Positions 18,390-28,946 are shown, counted from the stretch's first letter. The stretch is 64,000 nt of DNA from Kiritimatiellia bacterium (GCA_040767085.1 JAXGPF010000005.1:32001-96000); one strand, 5' to 3'. Notes: generated by a model from the sequence alone, not told the origin. Made by a program: numbers and translations.

Positions 18390-19592
18390 TCAGGGGGCCG
18401 CGGCAGCGCCGGCGGCCATGCACCAGTTCTTCAGCCAGGAATAAAGCGAATCGGCCATCTGGTGGTAGCCTTCCCGGGAGGGATGGACGCCATTATTCAG
18501 GCGGGTGGCTTCCACCGCGGCGCGCGCATTGGCCGGCGCGGTGATCTTGGGATAGTTATTCACGGTATCCAGGTTGACGTAAGCCGGGATCAATTCGATG
18601 CCTTCCTGCTCGCGGCCGGCGTATGCGGCCAGCATGCGCTCGACCACCCGGTGCTGGTTGCGCCGGTACTGCCAGCGGGTTTGGGTGCATTTGTAATTCG
18701 AGCCGAAGGCATCCTGCGTCGCCGCCGGCGGCGGGATCAGAAACAGCCCGATCACAGTGTCCGACCGGGCGGCCCGGAAAGCGGCAATCATCTGATTCAG
18801 GTGCAACAGCATTCCGTCAATGCTGGCTTCAATGGTCTCATCCGTTGCCCGGAAATTGTCATTGATGCCCAGGCAGATGGTGATCACGTCCGGCCCCCGC
18901 TCCAGGCCGCATGCGCGGAGATACCGGTTGAAATCAAACTCCGGCACGCCGGCGGCGCCGGGAAACACGAATGGGCTGCACCCGCGCCGGCCGGACGGCA
19001 GCGTGCCTTCCTCAGAGTAAAACGTGGCGAACCGGGCGGCGGTCCAGCCGCCGTAACCTTCATGGCGGATATCGGGCAAGGCGGCGTTGGTATGGCTGCC
19101 GATCAAAGTCAGCGCGGGATTACCCGGCGCGCGGCACAATTCGAACAGTTCGGCGGGATAGGCGCTATTGGCGGTCAAGCTGTCGCCGATGATCAGGCAG
19201 GCCAGCGGCCGGCCGGCGCCGGCATCGGCTGCGGCCACCCTGACGCAAGTGGTGGCGGCGGCAATTTCAGTGTTGACCGCGTTGAAAACCGCGAGGCGCA
19301 GGGGATAGTCGCCGGCATGATTGGTGGCGGGCAGAAACGTCCAGCGTTCCGACTGTTGGATGCCCAACTCGCAATCCACGTCGAACACGTATCCGCTCAA
19401 GTCCGGCGCCAGCACGATGTTGTCGAAATAAATATTGATTTCCCGGCCGGGCGCCGCATGCACGATCGGCGGCAGCGCCAGGCGCAGCGGGTCGGCCGGC
19501 GGGATCGCGTTGGTTTCTTCCGCCCGGACTGAGGCGGCCCCACAAACACAAACAACCGTCAATGCGGCGATTTTTTTCAATATTTTCTGCAT
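18390..19592 (-). CDS. Secreted SGNH/GDSL hydrolase
   Basis: IIGDSLT, HEGYGGW, LGIND, NGVHP blocks; signal peptide. Confidence 0.88.
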   Translation of the reverse strand: MQKILKKIAALTVVCVCGAASVRAEETNAIPPADPLRLALPPIVHAAPGREINIYFDNIVLAPDLSGYVFDVDCELGIQQSERWTFLPATNHAGDYPLRLAVFNAVNTEIAAATTCVRVAAADAGAGRPLACLIIGDSLTANSAYPAELFELCRAPGNPALTLIGSHTNAALPDIRHEGYGGWTAARFATFYSEEGTLPSGRRGCSPFVFPGAAGVPEFDFNRYLRACGLERGPDVITICLGINDNFRATDETIEASIDGMLLHLNQMIAAFRAARSDTVIGLFLIPPPAATQDAFGSNYKCTQTRWQYRRNQHRVVERMLAAYAGREQEGIELIPAYVNLDTVNNYPKITAPANARAAVEATRLNNGVHPSREGYHQMADSLYSWLKNWCMAAGAAAAP

Positions 19593-19649
19593 CTGCTCCT
19601 CCCGTTGATTACCATGTCCCAGCCTGTAGTCGAAACAAAAGGATCGTTC

Positions 19650-20369
19650 TTATGTCACGGAAATGACGTTCGTCATGTCACTGCCGGCGGCCGGCGCATA
19701 TTCCAGCGGATCCGCCGCGCCGGCGGCGCGGAAGGCGGCCAGGCGCTCGACGCAGGACGGGCAGACACCGCAGGCCTGCGTTCCCCCGCGATAACAGGTC
19801 CAGGTATGGGCGTAATCCACGCCCAATTGCATACCGATGCGCAATACCGCGGCCTTGTTCAGCGCGGCGAACGGCGCGCGAACCTGCACCGGCGCGCGCC
19901 GATTAAGCGCCAGCAGATTGTTCAACCGCCGTAAAAATTCTTCCGTGCAATCCCAGTAGCCGTAACAATCCTGATGCTGGGCGGCGTAAAACACTTCCGC
20001 GATGCCGTGCGCCTCGGCATAAGCGGCAGCCAGGGTCAGGAGGAGGAGATTGCGGTGGGGCACATAGGTTGGCGGCTGATCGAGTTGCGCGGGCGCAAGG
20101 TCCGCCAGGGCCGGCACCGGCGCGCCGCCAATCAGCGCCGTGGCGGCGCCGGCTAATTGCCGCAGAACATCCAGGTCTAAAATTTCATGCGCGGCGGCGC
20201 CGGCCGCGGCCGCCTGCCACGCCGCGCATTCCAGTTCGCGCGCGTGACGCTGGCCGTAACGAAATGTCAGGGCGTGGATATCGGTCCCGGGGCGGTTGCG
20301 CCGCAGGTGGTGCAGCAGCGTGGCAGAATCCAGCCCGCCGCTTAAGAGAATGGCCCGCGCGGAATGCAT
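19650..20369 (-). CDS. queC: 7-cyano-7-deazaguanine synthase
   Basis: LSGGLDS, YGQRH, TYVPHRN, YWDC, TWTCY, CGVCPSCVER. Confidence 0.95.
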   Translation of the reverse strand: MHSARAILLSGGLDSATLLHHLRRNRPGTDIHALTFRYGQRHARELECAAWQAAAAGAAAHEILDLDVLRQLAGAATALIGGAPVPALADLAPAQLDQPPTYVPHRNLLLLTLAAAYAEAHGIAEVFYAAQHQDCYGYWDCTEEFLRRLNNLLALNRRAPVQVRAPFAALNKAAVLRIGMQLGVDYAHTWTCYRGGTQACGVCPSCVERLAAFRAAGAADPLEYAPAAGSDMTNVISVT

Positions 20370-20568
20370 AGCTATGATCTGAGGCCGACACCGCGCCGGG
20401 CGCCGGGCTTGTTCAGCCAGCATGCTACCATTCCGCGCCGGGTTGTCAATGTTTTCCCCGGCCGGACGCCGGCCAAGCACCAACCAGGAGTGGCGCGGGC
20501 TTGGCGGAATGGCCGGCGCTGCATTTACAGCCTTGACTTGCCGGAAACTTTGGGTAACTTATGTTTTC

Positions 20569-21621
20569 ATGCATTCTGCGGGAAAAATCAGCCTGCTCTT
20601 TCTAGCGGTTCTGCTGGCCGCCGCGCCGTTGTCCGCTCAATTTTCCGGGACGGAGCCGGCCGGCGCCGGCATGCCGGCCGTGCCGGCCGCCGCCAAGTCC
20701 CGCCGCAGCCTGCACTGGTGGGAACGCCGGCAGCCGGCCGCCGATAATCCAACCGCGCAGTTGCAGCTGGCCGACCAGTTGCGCGCCGAGGGACGGCTGC
20801 GGAGTGCCGCCCGGCATTACCGCATCCTCACCTTTGCCTGGCCCAACGCTCCGGAAGCGCCCATGGCCCAATTCCGCTATGCCGGCATTCTCCAGCAACG
20901 CGCCCAATACAAACGGGCCTTCGAGGAATATCAATACCTCCTGGATACCTATGCGGGGTTTTTCCCTTACGAAGAAGTGCTGGAGCAGCAATACGCCATT
21001 GCCGATCATATTGCCACACGCCGCAAAAGGCTGCTGTTCGTCGCTTACCAGGACGAAGCCGAGGCCATCCCGATGTTCGAACAATTGGTCGCCAATGCCC
21101 CGTCCTGGAAACGCGCCGCGGAATTACAGTTCCGCGTCGCCCGCATTTATGAAAAGGATAAGGAATACGAACTGGCCGTGGATGCCTACAGCGCTTTTCA
21201 ACAGCGTTTTCCGCTGGCGCCCCAGGCGGAAGCGGCGTTTTACAGCCACGCCCGCTGCTGGAAGCACCTCGCCGACCGCCATCCCAACGACGCCAGCCTG
21301 CGCGAGCAGGCGGCCGCCGCGCAACAACTGTTCCTGAACACCTACCCCCGCAGCCCGCTGGCGGAAACCGCGCGCATGTATCTGCAGGAATTGCAACTGG
21401 AGCAGGCAGGAGATTTTTACCGCCAGGCGCGCCTGTATGATTCCATGGCGCGCCATCCCCGCGATTACGGGGCCCAGCCGGAACAGTTGCTGAGCGCCGC
21501 CAAAATCTGCTACCAGCGGTTGGAGCGGGAATTCCCGGACTCGCGCTGGCATGCCTCCGCCGCCGCCCGCCTTGCTGAAATCGACCGCCGCCTGCAGGCG
21601 GCCGCCCAGGAGAACCAATGA
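20569..21621 (+). CDS. TPR protein, outer-membrane assembly factor BamD-like
   Basis: Signal peptide and repeated TPRs ending in xxYP/FPxSxxA; directly upstream of lptE. Confidence 0.7.
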   Translation: MHSAGKISLLFLAVLLAAAPLSAQFSGTEPAGAGMPAVPAAAKSRRSLHWWERRQPAADNPTAQLQLADQLRAEGRLRSAARHYRILTFAWPNAPEAPMAQFRYAGILQQRAQYKRAFEEYQYLLDTYAGFFPYEEVLEQQYAIADHIATRRKRLLFVAYQDEAEAIPMFEQLVANAPSWKRAAELQFRVARIYEKDKEYELAVDAYSAFQQRFPLAPQAEAAFYSHARCWKHLADRHPNDASLREQAAAAQQLFLNTYPRSPLAETARMYLQELQLEQAGDFYRQARLYDSMARHPRDYGAQPEQLLSAAKICYQRLEREFPDSRWHASAAARLAEIDRRLQAAAQENQ

Positions 21622-22148
21622 TGCGTCCGATTGTTTTGCCGCCGCCGCGCTGCCGGCTGGCGCTGATGATGGTTATGCTGCTGGCATTGCAAGCCGGCTG
21701 CGCCGGCTATCGCCTGGGCAGCACCCTTGCGCCTGAAATCAAGTCTATTTTCATTCCCACCTTCGGCAACCGTTCCGGCGAGCCGCTGGCGGAACACGAG
21801 CTGACCAAGGCCGCCATCGAAGAATTTCAAAAGGATGGCACACTGAAAATCGCCCGCATGGACCAGGCCGACCTGGTGCTCCAATGCTCGCTGGTCAAGG
21901 TGGACCTGGACCCGTTGCGTTATGACCGCGCGGACCGCTCCAAGCCTAATGAATACCGGTTGCGTGTAACGGTGTTATACAGTCTCAAACGCGGCGGCTC
22001 GATGGAAACCATTGACGAGGGGGATGCGGAGGGCGAGGCGACCTTTGTCTTTGCCGGCAACCTGACGCTGGCCAAGAAGAACGCCCTGCCCGACGCCGCC
22101 AAGGACCTGGCCAAGCGGCTGGTGGAAACCGTGGTTGAAACCTGGTAA
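21618..22148 (+). CDS. lptE: LPS assembly lipoprotein LptE family
   Basis: Lipobox QAGC-AGYRLG, IFIPTFGNRS, C-terminal LAKRLVETVVETW. Confidence 0.82.
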   Translation: MMRPIVLPPPRCRLALMMVMLLALQAGCAGYRLGSTLAPEIKSIFIPTFGNRSGEPLAEHELTKAAIEEFQKDGTLKIARMDQADLVLQCSLVKVDLDPLRYDRADRSKPNEYRLRVTVLYSLKRGGSMETIDEGDAEGEATFVFAGNLTLAKKNALPDAAKDLAKRLVETVVETW

Positions 22149-22159
22149 AGGCGCAGGGC

Positions 22160-22441
22160 TCAGGCTTGCGGCGCGGCGGCCGCGGCGGCCACCAACTGGG
22201 CAGCGGCGCGGCGTTTGCGCCGGATCGCGGTGTTTTTCTTGATGATCCCGCGCTTGGCCGCCTTATCCAACACCGAGCAGTAAGCGCGGAAAGACTGGTT
22301 GGCTTTTTCAACGTTGCGCTGTGAGCATTCGGTCAAAACATCGCGGCGGGCGGTTGCCACGCGCGATTTCACTGCCCGGTTGCGCCCGCGCGCGGTTTCA
22401 GACGTCCGCACACGCTTCATTGCACTTTTGATGTTTGGCAT
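22160..22441 (-). CDS. rpsT: 30S ribosomal protein S20
   Basis: MPNIKSAMKRVR...LDKAAKRGIIKKNTAIRRK. Confidence 0.97.
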   Translation of the reverse strand: MPNIKSAMKRVRTSETARGRNRAVKSRVATARRDVLTECSQRNVEKANQSFRAYCSVLDKAAKRGIIKKNTAIRRKRRAAAQLVAAAAAAPQA

Positions 22442-22503
22442 AACCTGATCATCCCCCGGATTTTTTCGTTTGGTCGGCCGTTACCGTCAGCCCAGATTGA
22501 AAA

Positions 22504-22578
22504 TGGCACGCCCAAGGAGAGTCGAACTCCTCTTCCCAGGATGAAAACCTGGTGTCCTGACCGATAGACGATGGGCGC
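22504..22578 (-). tRNA. tRNA-Glu (TTC)
   Basis: GCGCCCA acceptor stem, anticodon arm CCAGG-TTTTCAT-CCTGG, GTTCGA T-loop, encoded CCA. Confidence 0.96.
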
Positions 22579-22591
22579 AATAAAGTGTTGA

Positions 22592-22620
22592 TTTATACGC
22601 CAGGAATCAGGCAAATGCAA
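22592..22620 (-). promoter_or_regulatory. Putative sigma70 promoter for tRNA-Glu/rpsT
   Basis: TTGCAT-17 bp-TATAAA, 13 bp before the tRNA 5' end. Confidence 0.6.
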
Positions 22621-23398
22621 GCCTAAAATAATTCCGCGCGATTCGGCCGGCCGCCGCCCATATCCCGGCGCGCCGGCCCGCCGGCCGGAATGCTCCGGGC
22701 GGCTGCGCCAGCAAGGCGCGCAAGGCAGAGACCGGATGTTCCGGATCGTCATCGCCTGCTCCCACAAATCCGTATGAACCCAGGCGCCGTTCCTCGCCCG
22801 GCCAGGGCAGCGGATCGGAGCCGGGCAACCAGGGCATGCCCGCTGTTGCCCCGCGGCGCAACAATTCGGGCAAGGGCCAGATGCCCGGGCGCAAGGCCGT
22901 GTCGCCCAGCCACAAGCCGCCGGGCCGGTTTTCGCAGATCAATTCCGCCACCTGCCGGCCGCGTTTGAAAAACCATTTGCCCGGCGACCAGGGCAACACC
23001 GGCAAACCGCCGGCCTGCCGGATATGCCGGATGATTTTCCGCGCCGGCAAACCGTCCCAGGCCCCCGCTGCCGGGAGCGCCAAGCCCAGGACTTCCAGCC
23101 GTTCCGCCGCGGCATACTGCCGGCCCAGCACCAGGAACAAGACCGTTGTCCCCTCCCGCTGCACCGTCAGCGAGGCCGGCTCCGGGCCGGGCTGGATTTC
23201 AAATGGCCCGGCGCGCATGGGGAAATCGCTCCCATAGAACACCTGCGCCCCCGCGCGTTCCGCCAGGCAGGCCAGCACCAGCGGCGGCCGATCGCCCGGC
23301 GGCGCCAGATTCCGCAAGTTGGCCAACAGGCAATGCAAAGCCAAACCCAAGTCGAAACACGGATAAATATGCGCATGGCCGTCGCAGATTAACATCAA
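22607..23398 (-). CDS. Hypothetical protein, degenerate PHP-like fold
   Basis: N-terminal DGHAHIY, GGLPVLPW, LPGSDPLP. Confidence 0.65.
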   Translation of the reverse strand: MMLICDGHAHIYPCFDLGLALHCLLANLRNLAPPGDRPPLVLACLAERAGAQVFYGSDFPMRAGPFEIQPGPEPASLTVQREGTTVLFLVLGRQYAAAERLEVLGLALPAAGAWDGLPARKIIRHIRQAGGLPVLPWSPGKWFFKRGRQVAELICENRPGGLWLGDTALRPGIWPLPELLRRGATAGMPWLPGSDPLPWPGEERRLGSYGFVGAGDDDPEHPVSALRALLAQPPGAFRPAGRRAGIWAAAGRIARNYFRLAFA

Positions 23399-26300
23399 CC
23401 TACCCTCCCCGGGACGCGCTGATCCGCCGGAAACGCGCCGATGTCGGCCCCGTTTTCGCCCGCGCCCACAGCCGGGCTGTCCGGCCGCAGATGAAAATTG
23501 GCGTTCGTTTCACCATGGCCGACCGGCATCAACTCAAACAACGGATCCGCCGCCAGGCTATGCCGGTCATGACCGGTCAAGTTTCGCCATTCGTCCAAAT
23601 CCCGCGCCAGCAAGGTGGTGACGCGCGCATTATTCTGGAACTGGCCGATGGCGAGCTGGTGCGCATGCGGGGAGAAGAACAGGTTGTAATCGCTGGAAAA
23701 GTTTTTAACTTCGCCGCGCAGGTAATAACGCGGGTTGTTTTTCTTGGGGCTGCAGGGCAGGTAAAAAATATTGTTCACGAAACGCGCACCGTCGGTGCCG
23801 GCGGTAATGACCGCATGGTAGATATTAACTCGCGCGAAAGTATTGTTGCGCACCAGCACATTCCGGCAGCGGCCGTCCAGGCGCAAGTGATAGGCGCCGC
23901 CCCAGAACAGGTTGCCCTCCAACCGCAAATCCCGGCAGTCGCTGACCGCGGCCAGGATGCCGACATCGCGGGTCATGGCCTCCATACGGCAATTTAACAG
24001 TTCCACACCTTGGCAATCATCAAACCTGAACAAGCCCGAGCGGTCGCCGGACGGCGCGTGGATGAAGGTGAACCCGTCAATGGTGACATGGTCGCAACCC
24101 GCAAGAAGCACCAGCGGCGCCGCGTAAAACTCGCCGTCCACGACCACCGCGCCGGCGCCCTGGCGCCGGAAAACCAAACGCTGATCCGCCGTGCCGCCGA
24201 GCAACGGCCGGATAACATCCCGGTAAGTCCCCGCCGCCACCAGCACCTTGTCGCCCGGCCCGGCGGTGGCGCAAGCCTTGCGTAAAGTGCGCCAGGCTTT
24301 GTCGGGCGCCTGGCCATAGGCGGCGTCATCGCCGTCGGGCGCCACGTAATATGTCTGCGCGGGCGGCGCATCCGCCGCCGCCGGCGTTGTGAAGCCCAGC
24401 AATTCCCCGATGCGCTCGCCGCCGCGGCGCCCAACGGCCACGATGCGGCAGACATATTCCGCCGCCGGTTGCAGGCTGGAAAGTCCCGCCCCATGCACCG
24501 TCCCCTGGGCGGTGGCGCGGGAGGTCTGCCATGCGCCGCCGGCCGCCGGCCGGAACTCCACCCGGCAGACCGTATCGTCGAACGGCGTGGTCCAATGCAA
24601 CAGGGCGGCCGTGGGCCATGTCCGGACTACCTGCGCATCGGCTATCTGCGGCGCGCGCGGCACGCCGCCGGCGGCGCCGGGCGGCTGCCCGTCAGGAGCG
24701 ATAAAAGCCGTCGGACTGTCCCAGCGCAGGCGAAAATCATCCGCCGCGGGGTTTTCAAACACGGGCGGCGCGGCCAGGCTGCCGCATTCCTCCGCCTCCG
24801 GCCGGTGCAGGCCGGGACCGAAATAGCAATTCTGGCCGGCGGCATAACCGGCGCGGGAATCCCCGTCAACCTCCGTCTGGGCCAGGCGGTTGCCGGCAAT
24901 GACGCATTCGCGCACTTCCGCACACGTGGACGATTCGGCCAGGACCAGTCCCCGGTCGCATTCGATGATGGTTAAACGATACAAGGCCAGGTATGGAGCC
25001 TGGCGCGCATGCACCCCGGCCGCGGCCCGTCGCACCAGGCACTCGCGCAGCGCGACCCGCGGCGCCAATACCGCCACGGCGCTGGACGGCGCCACGGCAG
25101 CGCGCGGCAGCCGGCTGCCGTCAATTGCAAACCCGGCTAATTCCACGTGCGGCGCGCGGATTTCCGCCGCCGGCAGGACGGCCGGCCCCCTCCCGTAAGC
25201 GCGGACCGCCACCGGGGCGCCCTCCGTGCCGCCGCGGTCCACAACCAGCTGCTCCGTATAATGTCCCGGCAGAACATAGAGCGCATCGCCAGGATGCAAT
25301 GCCGCCACGGCGCGCTGAAAAGTCCTGAACGCCAGGCGTTCCGAGGTGCCGGCGGCGGCATCGTTGCCGCCGGGCCCGATGTAATAGACGCTGGTGGTTT
25401 GCCGTGGAACCGGTCCGCGGTTGTAGCCGTTCAAGCCGGCGCCGCGCAAGGGGCTGTCGGATTGCAGCCGGTAATCATGCCAGGCGGGATCGGCAAACCG
25501 GGCGGCCTGCATGGCGGCGGCGTCGCCCAGCCCGCCGGCGTTGTTGATAAACGCACGGTCAGGCGCAGCCCAGTCGCCGCCAACGCCGCCCGGGCCGAGC
25601 GGCGCTCCTTCCCAGGCGATATTCGGGCCAATCAGGTTGTTCCTCAGCACCACGCGGGAGTCAGGCGCCAGGCCGCGCGTGCCGGAACAATACAATCCAG
25701 CAAAAACATTGCCCTGGACAATCGCGCCCGGCGATACGGGTTTCCATTCCAGCAATGAATGGCCTGCCACCACGTTATCCGCCCAGTGATTGCTCGCGGC
25801 GTTCAGGGTGCCGCCGTAATTGGCCAGCACGCTGCCGCTGGCCCAGGTCCGTACACGGGAGGAAGGCGGACGGACATGCACCAGGTTGCGCCGGATCAAA
25901 TTATTGCGGGCATTCTGAGTGAAGCAGGCGCCGCGGAAGCCGCCGCTGAGAAACACGTTGTTCCGCACCAGGCAGCGTTCGGCGCCGACGGTGAGCAGCA
26001 CCCCGGCATTTTCGTTGGCGAAAAAGACACAATCTTCTATCGTGTTATGCTGGCCGCCCAACGGGCGGTCCAATCCCGGCACGGGCGCGCCGGTGCGGAA
26101 ACTGGCATTGGCGCCGACCACCACGGACTCCATGTGATGCTTGAACCAGAGTCCTTGCACCAGCACATAGTCGCCGTGGATGCGCAGTCCGTGGCGCACG
26201 TCGCGCGGACCGCCCAGGGCGCCGGCGCCCTCGAGGTAAGCCTCCGGGAAGGCATATTGTTGCGCCGCCGCAGTCACGGGCATGAGGCGCACCCCGCGGT

Positions 26301-26943
26301 TGGCGGCCGCGTCCCGGCTGTCTGAGAAATGAACATACAGCCGGTTGCCAGCCGGGTCATGCCAGTAAGCGCCGGGCAATTCATCCGCCAAGGCGGCCGA
26401 AGGCACGCGCTGCAATTCTATATTCCGCAGGTTTTCCCACACTGTGGCCAGGACCGGATAAGGGCTGGGCGCCGACCATAAATAACGCCACTTCGGCGCG
26501 CGCTGAAAATCATCCAGGACCGGCGCGCCGCTGATGATCACCCGGCTGCGCGGCGCGGCCATGATCCGGATCGGCCGGCCGGGCGCGCCGGTTTGCGGCC
26601 GGCGCACATTGATTTCCAGTTGCGGCTCAAGGTATTCGCCTTCGCCGATGAGCAGCGTGTCGCCCGCCTGCAGTTCCGGCAGGCCGCGCCGGATGGTGCG
26701 CCAGGCGGAGGCGGGCGACAGCCCGTCGGCGGCGTCATCGCCGGCGTTCGCCACGTAAAAAGTCCGGCCCGGGGCCAGCAGCGGGCCGCAGCCGTAATCC
26801 TCCTCACGCCAGGCGGCCGGCTCAGCCAACTGCCGCAGCGTCTCCGATTCCTGGTTGGTTTCCATCACTTCCGCTTCCATGACCGCCCCCGGAGCGGCGG
26901 CGCCCAGGCACGTTCCAATCAAAATCAATCCGCCGAGACGCAT
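23395..26943 (-). CDS. Secreted triple beta-helix (DUF1565/pectin-lyase-like) protein with FN3-like domain
   Basis: Three modules starting FYVANAGDD / YYIGPGGND / YYVAPDGDD and ending xxLxxDSP; FN3-like segment (LHWTT...LQPAAEYVCRIVA); start codon uncertain. Confidence 0.8.
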   Translation of the reverse strand: MRLGGLILIGTCLGAAAPGAVMEAEVMETNQESETLRQLAEPAAWREEDYGCGPLLAPGRTFYVANAGDDAADGLSPASAWRTIRRGLPELQAGDTLLIGEGEYLEPQLEINVRRPQTGAPGRPIRIMAAPRSRVIISGAPVLDDFQRAPKWRYLWSAPSPYPVLATVWENLRNIELQRVPSAALADELPGAYWHDPAGNRLYVHFSDSRDAAANRGVRLMPVTAAAQQYAFPEAYLEGAGALGGPRDVRHGLRIHGDYVLVQGLWFKHHMESVVVGANASFRTGAPVPGLDRPLGGQHNTIEDCVFFANENAGVLLTVGAERCLVRNNVFLSGGFRGACFTQNARNNLIRRNLVHVRPPSSRVRTWASGSVLANYGGTLNAASNHWADNVVAGHSLLEWKPVSPGAIVQGNVFAGLYCSGTRGLAPDSRVVLRNNLIGPNIAWEGAPLGPGGVGGDWAAPDRAFINNAGGLGDAAAMQAARFADPAWHDYRLQSDSPLRGAGLNGYNRGPVPRQTTSVYYIGPGGNDAAAGTSERLAFRTFQRAVAALHPGDALYVLPGHYTEQLVVDRGGTEGAPVAVRAYGRGPAVLPAAEIRAPHVELAGFAIDGSRLPRAAVAPSSAVAVLAPRVALRECLVRRAAAGVHARQAPYLALYRLTIIECDRGLVLAESSTCAEVRECVIAGNRLAQTEVDGDSRAGYAAGQNCYFGPGLHRPEAEECGSLAAPPVFENPAADDFRLRWDSPTAFIAPDGQPPGAAGGVPRAPQIADAQVVRTWPTAALLHWTTPFDDTVCRVEFRPAAGGAWQTSRATAQGTVHGAGLSSLQPAAEYVCRIVAVGRRGGERIGELLGFTTPAAADAPPAQTYYVAPDGDDAAYGQAPDKAWRTLRKACATAGPGDKVLVAAGTYRDVIRPLLGGTADQRLVFRRQGAGAVVVDGEFYAAPLVLLAGCDHVTIDGFTFIHAPSGDRSGLFRFDDCQGVELLNCRMEAMTRDVGILAAVSDCRDLRLEGNLFWGGAYHLRLDGRCRNVLVRNNTFARVNIYHAVITAGTDGARFVNNIFYLPCSPKKNNPRYYLRGEVKNFSSDYNLFFSPHAHQLAIGQFQNNARVTTLLARDLDEWRNLTGHDRHSLAADPLFELMPVGHGETNANFHLRPDSPAVGAGENGADIGAFPADQRVPGRVG

Positions 26944-27040
26944 TGTGAATTTCTCCGCGCGCATGCCATCTATCTTGAAAACCCGGAAAAGTCTGCCATC
27001 GTCCGCCGTGAATGGCAAGCGCAAACGCGGTGGATAGGGA

Positions 27041-27070
27041 TTGACAGACAGCGCCCTCCATGCATATTAT
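27041..27070 (+). promoter_or_regulatory. Putative sigma70 promoter
   Basis: TTGACA-18 bp-TATTAT upstream of 27118. Confidence 0.6.
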
Positions 27071-27117
27071 GCGCCCGTTAATCCACGCAGGCTGCTGCGT
27101 CACGGAAAGGAACCACG

Positions 27118-28017
27118 ATGTATTTCACCGGATTCGCGGACGAGGCCGGCAAGGAACTGGGGACTCAAATCAAGGTCACCCGGGAACTGGGCTGGCAAAA
27201 CATCGAAGCCCGCGGCATCCAGGTGGACGGCTTCCCCGCCGGCAATCTGCATGACATCCCGGACGCCGCTTTCGAGCGGGCGGCGGAACAGCTTGCGGCC
27301 GCCGGCGTGCAAATCAACTGCTTCGGCTCGGCCATCGGCAATTGGGGCAAGAAAATTGACGAACCCTTCGATTCCTCGCTCGCGGAAATCCGCCGCGCCA
27401 TCCCCCGCATGCAGCGCCTGGGCACGAAGCTGGTGCGCATCATGAGTTTTGCCGTGCGCGACGGCGATGATCAGATGGAAAACGAGCGCTTCCGGCGCGT
27501 GCGCGAAATCCAGCGTATGTTTTCCGATGCCGGGCTGACTCCGGTGCATGAAAACTGCATGAATTACGGCGGTATGGGCTGGCCTTTCACCCTGAAATTG
27601 CTGGAAAACGTGCCGGGGCTGCAACTGGTGTTCGACACCGGCAACCCCATATTCAGCGATGACCGCAGCCGGCCGCCGCCCTACCCCAAACAATCCTCCT
27701 GGGAATTTTACCGCCATGTGCGCGACCGGGTGGTTTACATCCACATCAAGGACGGCCGGGTAGATCCGGCGACCGGCCAAAGGACCTATACCTATCCCGG
27801 CGAAGGCGAAGGCGACGTGCGGCGCATCATACAGGACCTGCTGGAACGCGGCTACGACGGCGGCATTTCCATTGAACCGCACATGGGCGCGGTTTACCAC
27901 GATCCCGCCTCCCGGCATGCTTTGAATGCGCCTGATATTTACGTGGAATACGGGCGGCGCATGATGCGCATGGTGCGGGAACTTCAGGGCGAAGCCCCGC
28001 GGGCCGGCCGCGCTTGA
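27118..28017 (+). CDS. Sugar phosphate isomerase/epimerase (xylose-isomerase-like TIM barrel)
   Basis: FADE, HEN, FDTGN, HIKD, SIEPH metal motifs. Confidence 0.88.
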   Translation: MYFTGFADEAGKELGTQIKVTRELGWQNIEARGIQVDGFPAGNLHDIPDAAFERAAEQLAAAGVQINCFGSAIGNWGKKIDEPFDSSLAEIRRAIPRMQRLGTKLVRIMSFAVRDGDDQMENERFRRVREIQRMFSDAGLTPVHENCMNYGGMGWPFTLKLLENVPGLQLVFDTGNPIFSDDRSRPPPYPKQSSWEFYRHVRDRVVYIHIKDGRVDPATGQRTYTYPGEGEGDVRRIIQDLLERGYDGGISIEPHMGAVYHDPASRHALNAPDIYVEYGRRMMRMVRELQGEAPRAGRA

Positions 28018-28119
28018 ACGGAACGGCAGCAGCCAATCTTACAGGAACAGGAACGGCGGAAGCGCAGGCCGGCCGCGCCCCGCCAATCCCAGCGACTTGT
28101 GAAAGCAACCGGCGCGACA

Positions 28120-28908
28120 ATGAATATCCTGGGCCGGATCGGGGCGCGCGCCATCGCCCGGCTGGCGGGGATCAATTACCTGGCGGCCGCCGCCGGAACG
28201 CTGCTCTGGCTGGCCTGGCAGCCCCGGCACTGGCCGCGCACCACCCGTAATGTTTTCGCCCGCCAGCTTTTATTCACCGGCTTCGAGGCCTTGAACTTTG
28301 TGGCGCTGGCGGCGCTGATGGCCGGCATCTCGGTGGTGGTGCAAGCCCAATTATGGCTGGGCAAGGCCGGCCAGACCGAGCTGCTTGGCAAAATCCTGGT
28401 CATGGTCATCATCCGGGAACTGGGTCCGCTGCTGGTGAATTTCATCATCATCGGCCGCAGCGGCAATGCCATCGCCACGGAACTGGCCGGCATGAAAATC
28501 AATGGCGAAATCCAGGTGCTCGAGTCGCAGGGAATCGACACTTTGCTGTATCTGGCCATGCCCCGCGCCCTGGCCATGGCGCTGGCGGTGCTGTGCCTGA
28601 CCGTCTGGTTCATTGTCATTTCGTTCGCCGGCGGTTATATTTGCGGCATCCTGGCGGGCGTCGGCGCCGGCGATCCGCTGATTTTTCTGGACAGCGTGCT
28701 GAAGGGACTGCGGCCGGCGGATGTCTTCAACCTGCTCTTCAAGACCCTGGCCCCCGGCATGGCGACGGGCATGATTTGCGTGATGGAAGGCTTAAGCGTC
28801 AAAACCGCCTTGACGGAAGTGCCGCAAGCCGCGACGCGCGCCGTCGTCGCTTCAATCGGAGCGCTCTTCGTCATTTCCGCCATGATTTCCGTGATCACTT
28901 ATTTGTAA
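28120..28908 (+). CDS. MlaE-family ABC permease
   Basis: IRELGPLL, GRSGNAIATELAGMKINGEIQVLESQG, VPQAATRAVV. Confidence 0.9.
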   Translation: MNILGRIGARAIARLAGINYLAAAAGTLLWLAWQPRHWPRTTRNVFARQLLFTGFEALNFVALAALMAGISVVVQAQLWLGKAGQTELLGKILVMVIIRELGPLLVNFIIIGRSGNAIATELAGMKINGEIQVLESQGIDTLLYLAMPRALAMALAVLCLTVWFIVISFAGGYICGILAGVGAGDPLIFLDSVLKGLRPADVFNLLFKTLAPGMATGMICVMEGLSVKTALTEVPQAATRAVVASIGALFVISAMISVITYL

Positions 28909-28946
28909 GGAATTAGGCTGAACGCGCCGGCGCCAAAGGAAACGGC

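Noticed and set aside
20370-20450. preQ1 riboswitch upstream of queC
   Set aside because: The leader is short and GC-rich, with no preQ1 stem-loop or A-rich tail
22504-22578. tRNA-Glu as an island integration site
   Set aside because: No integrase and no duplicated tRNA 3' end seen in the window
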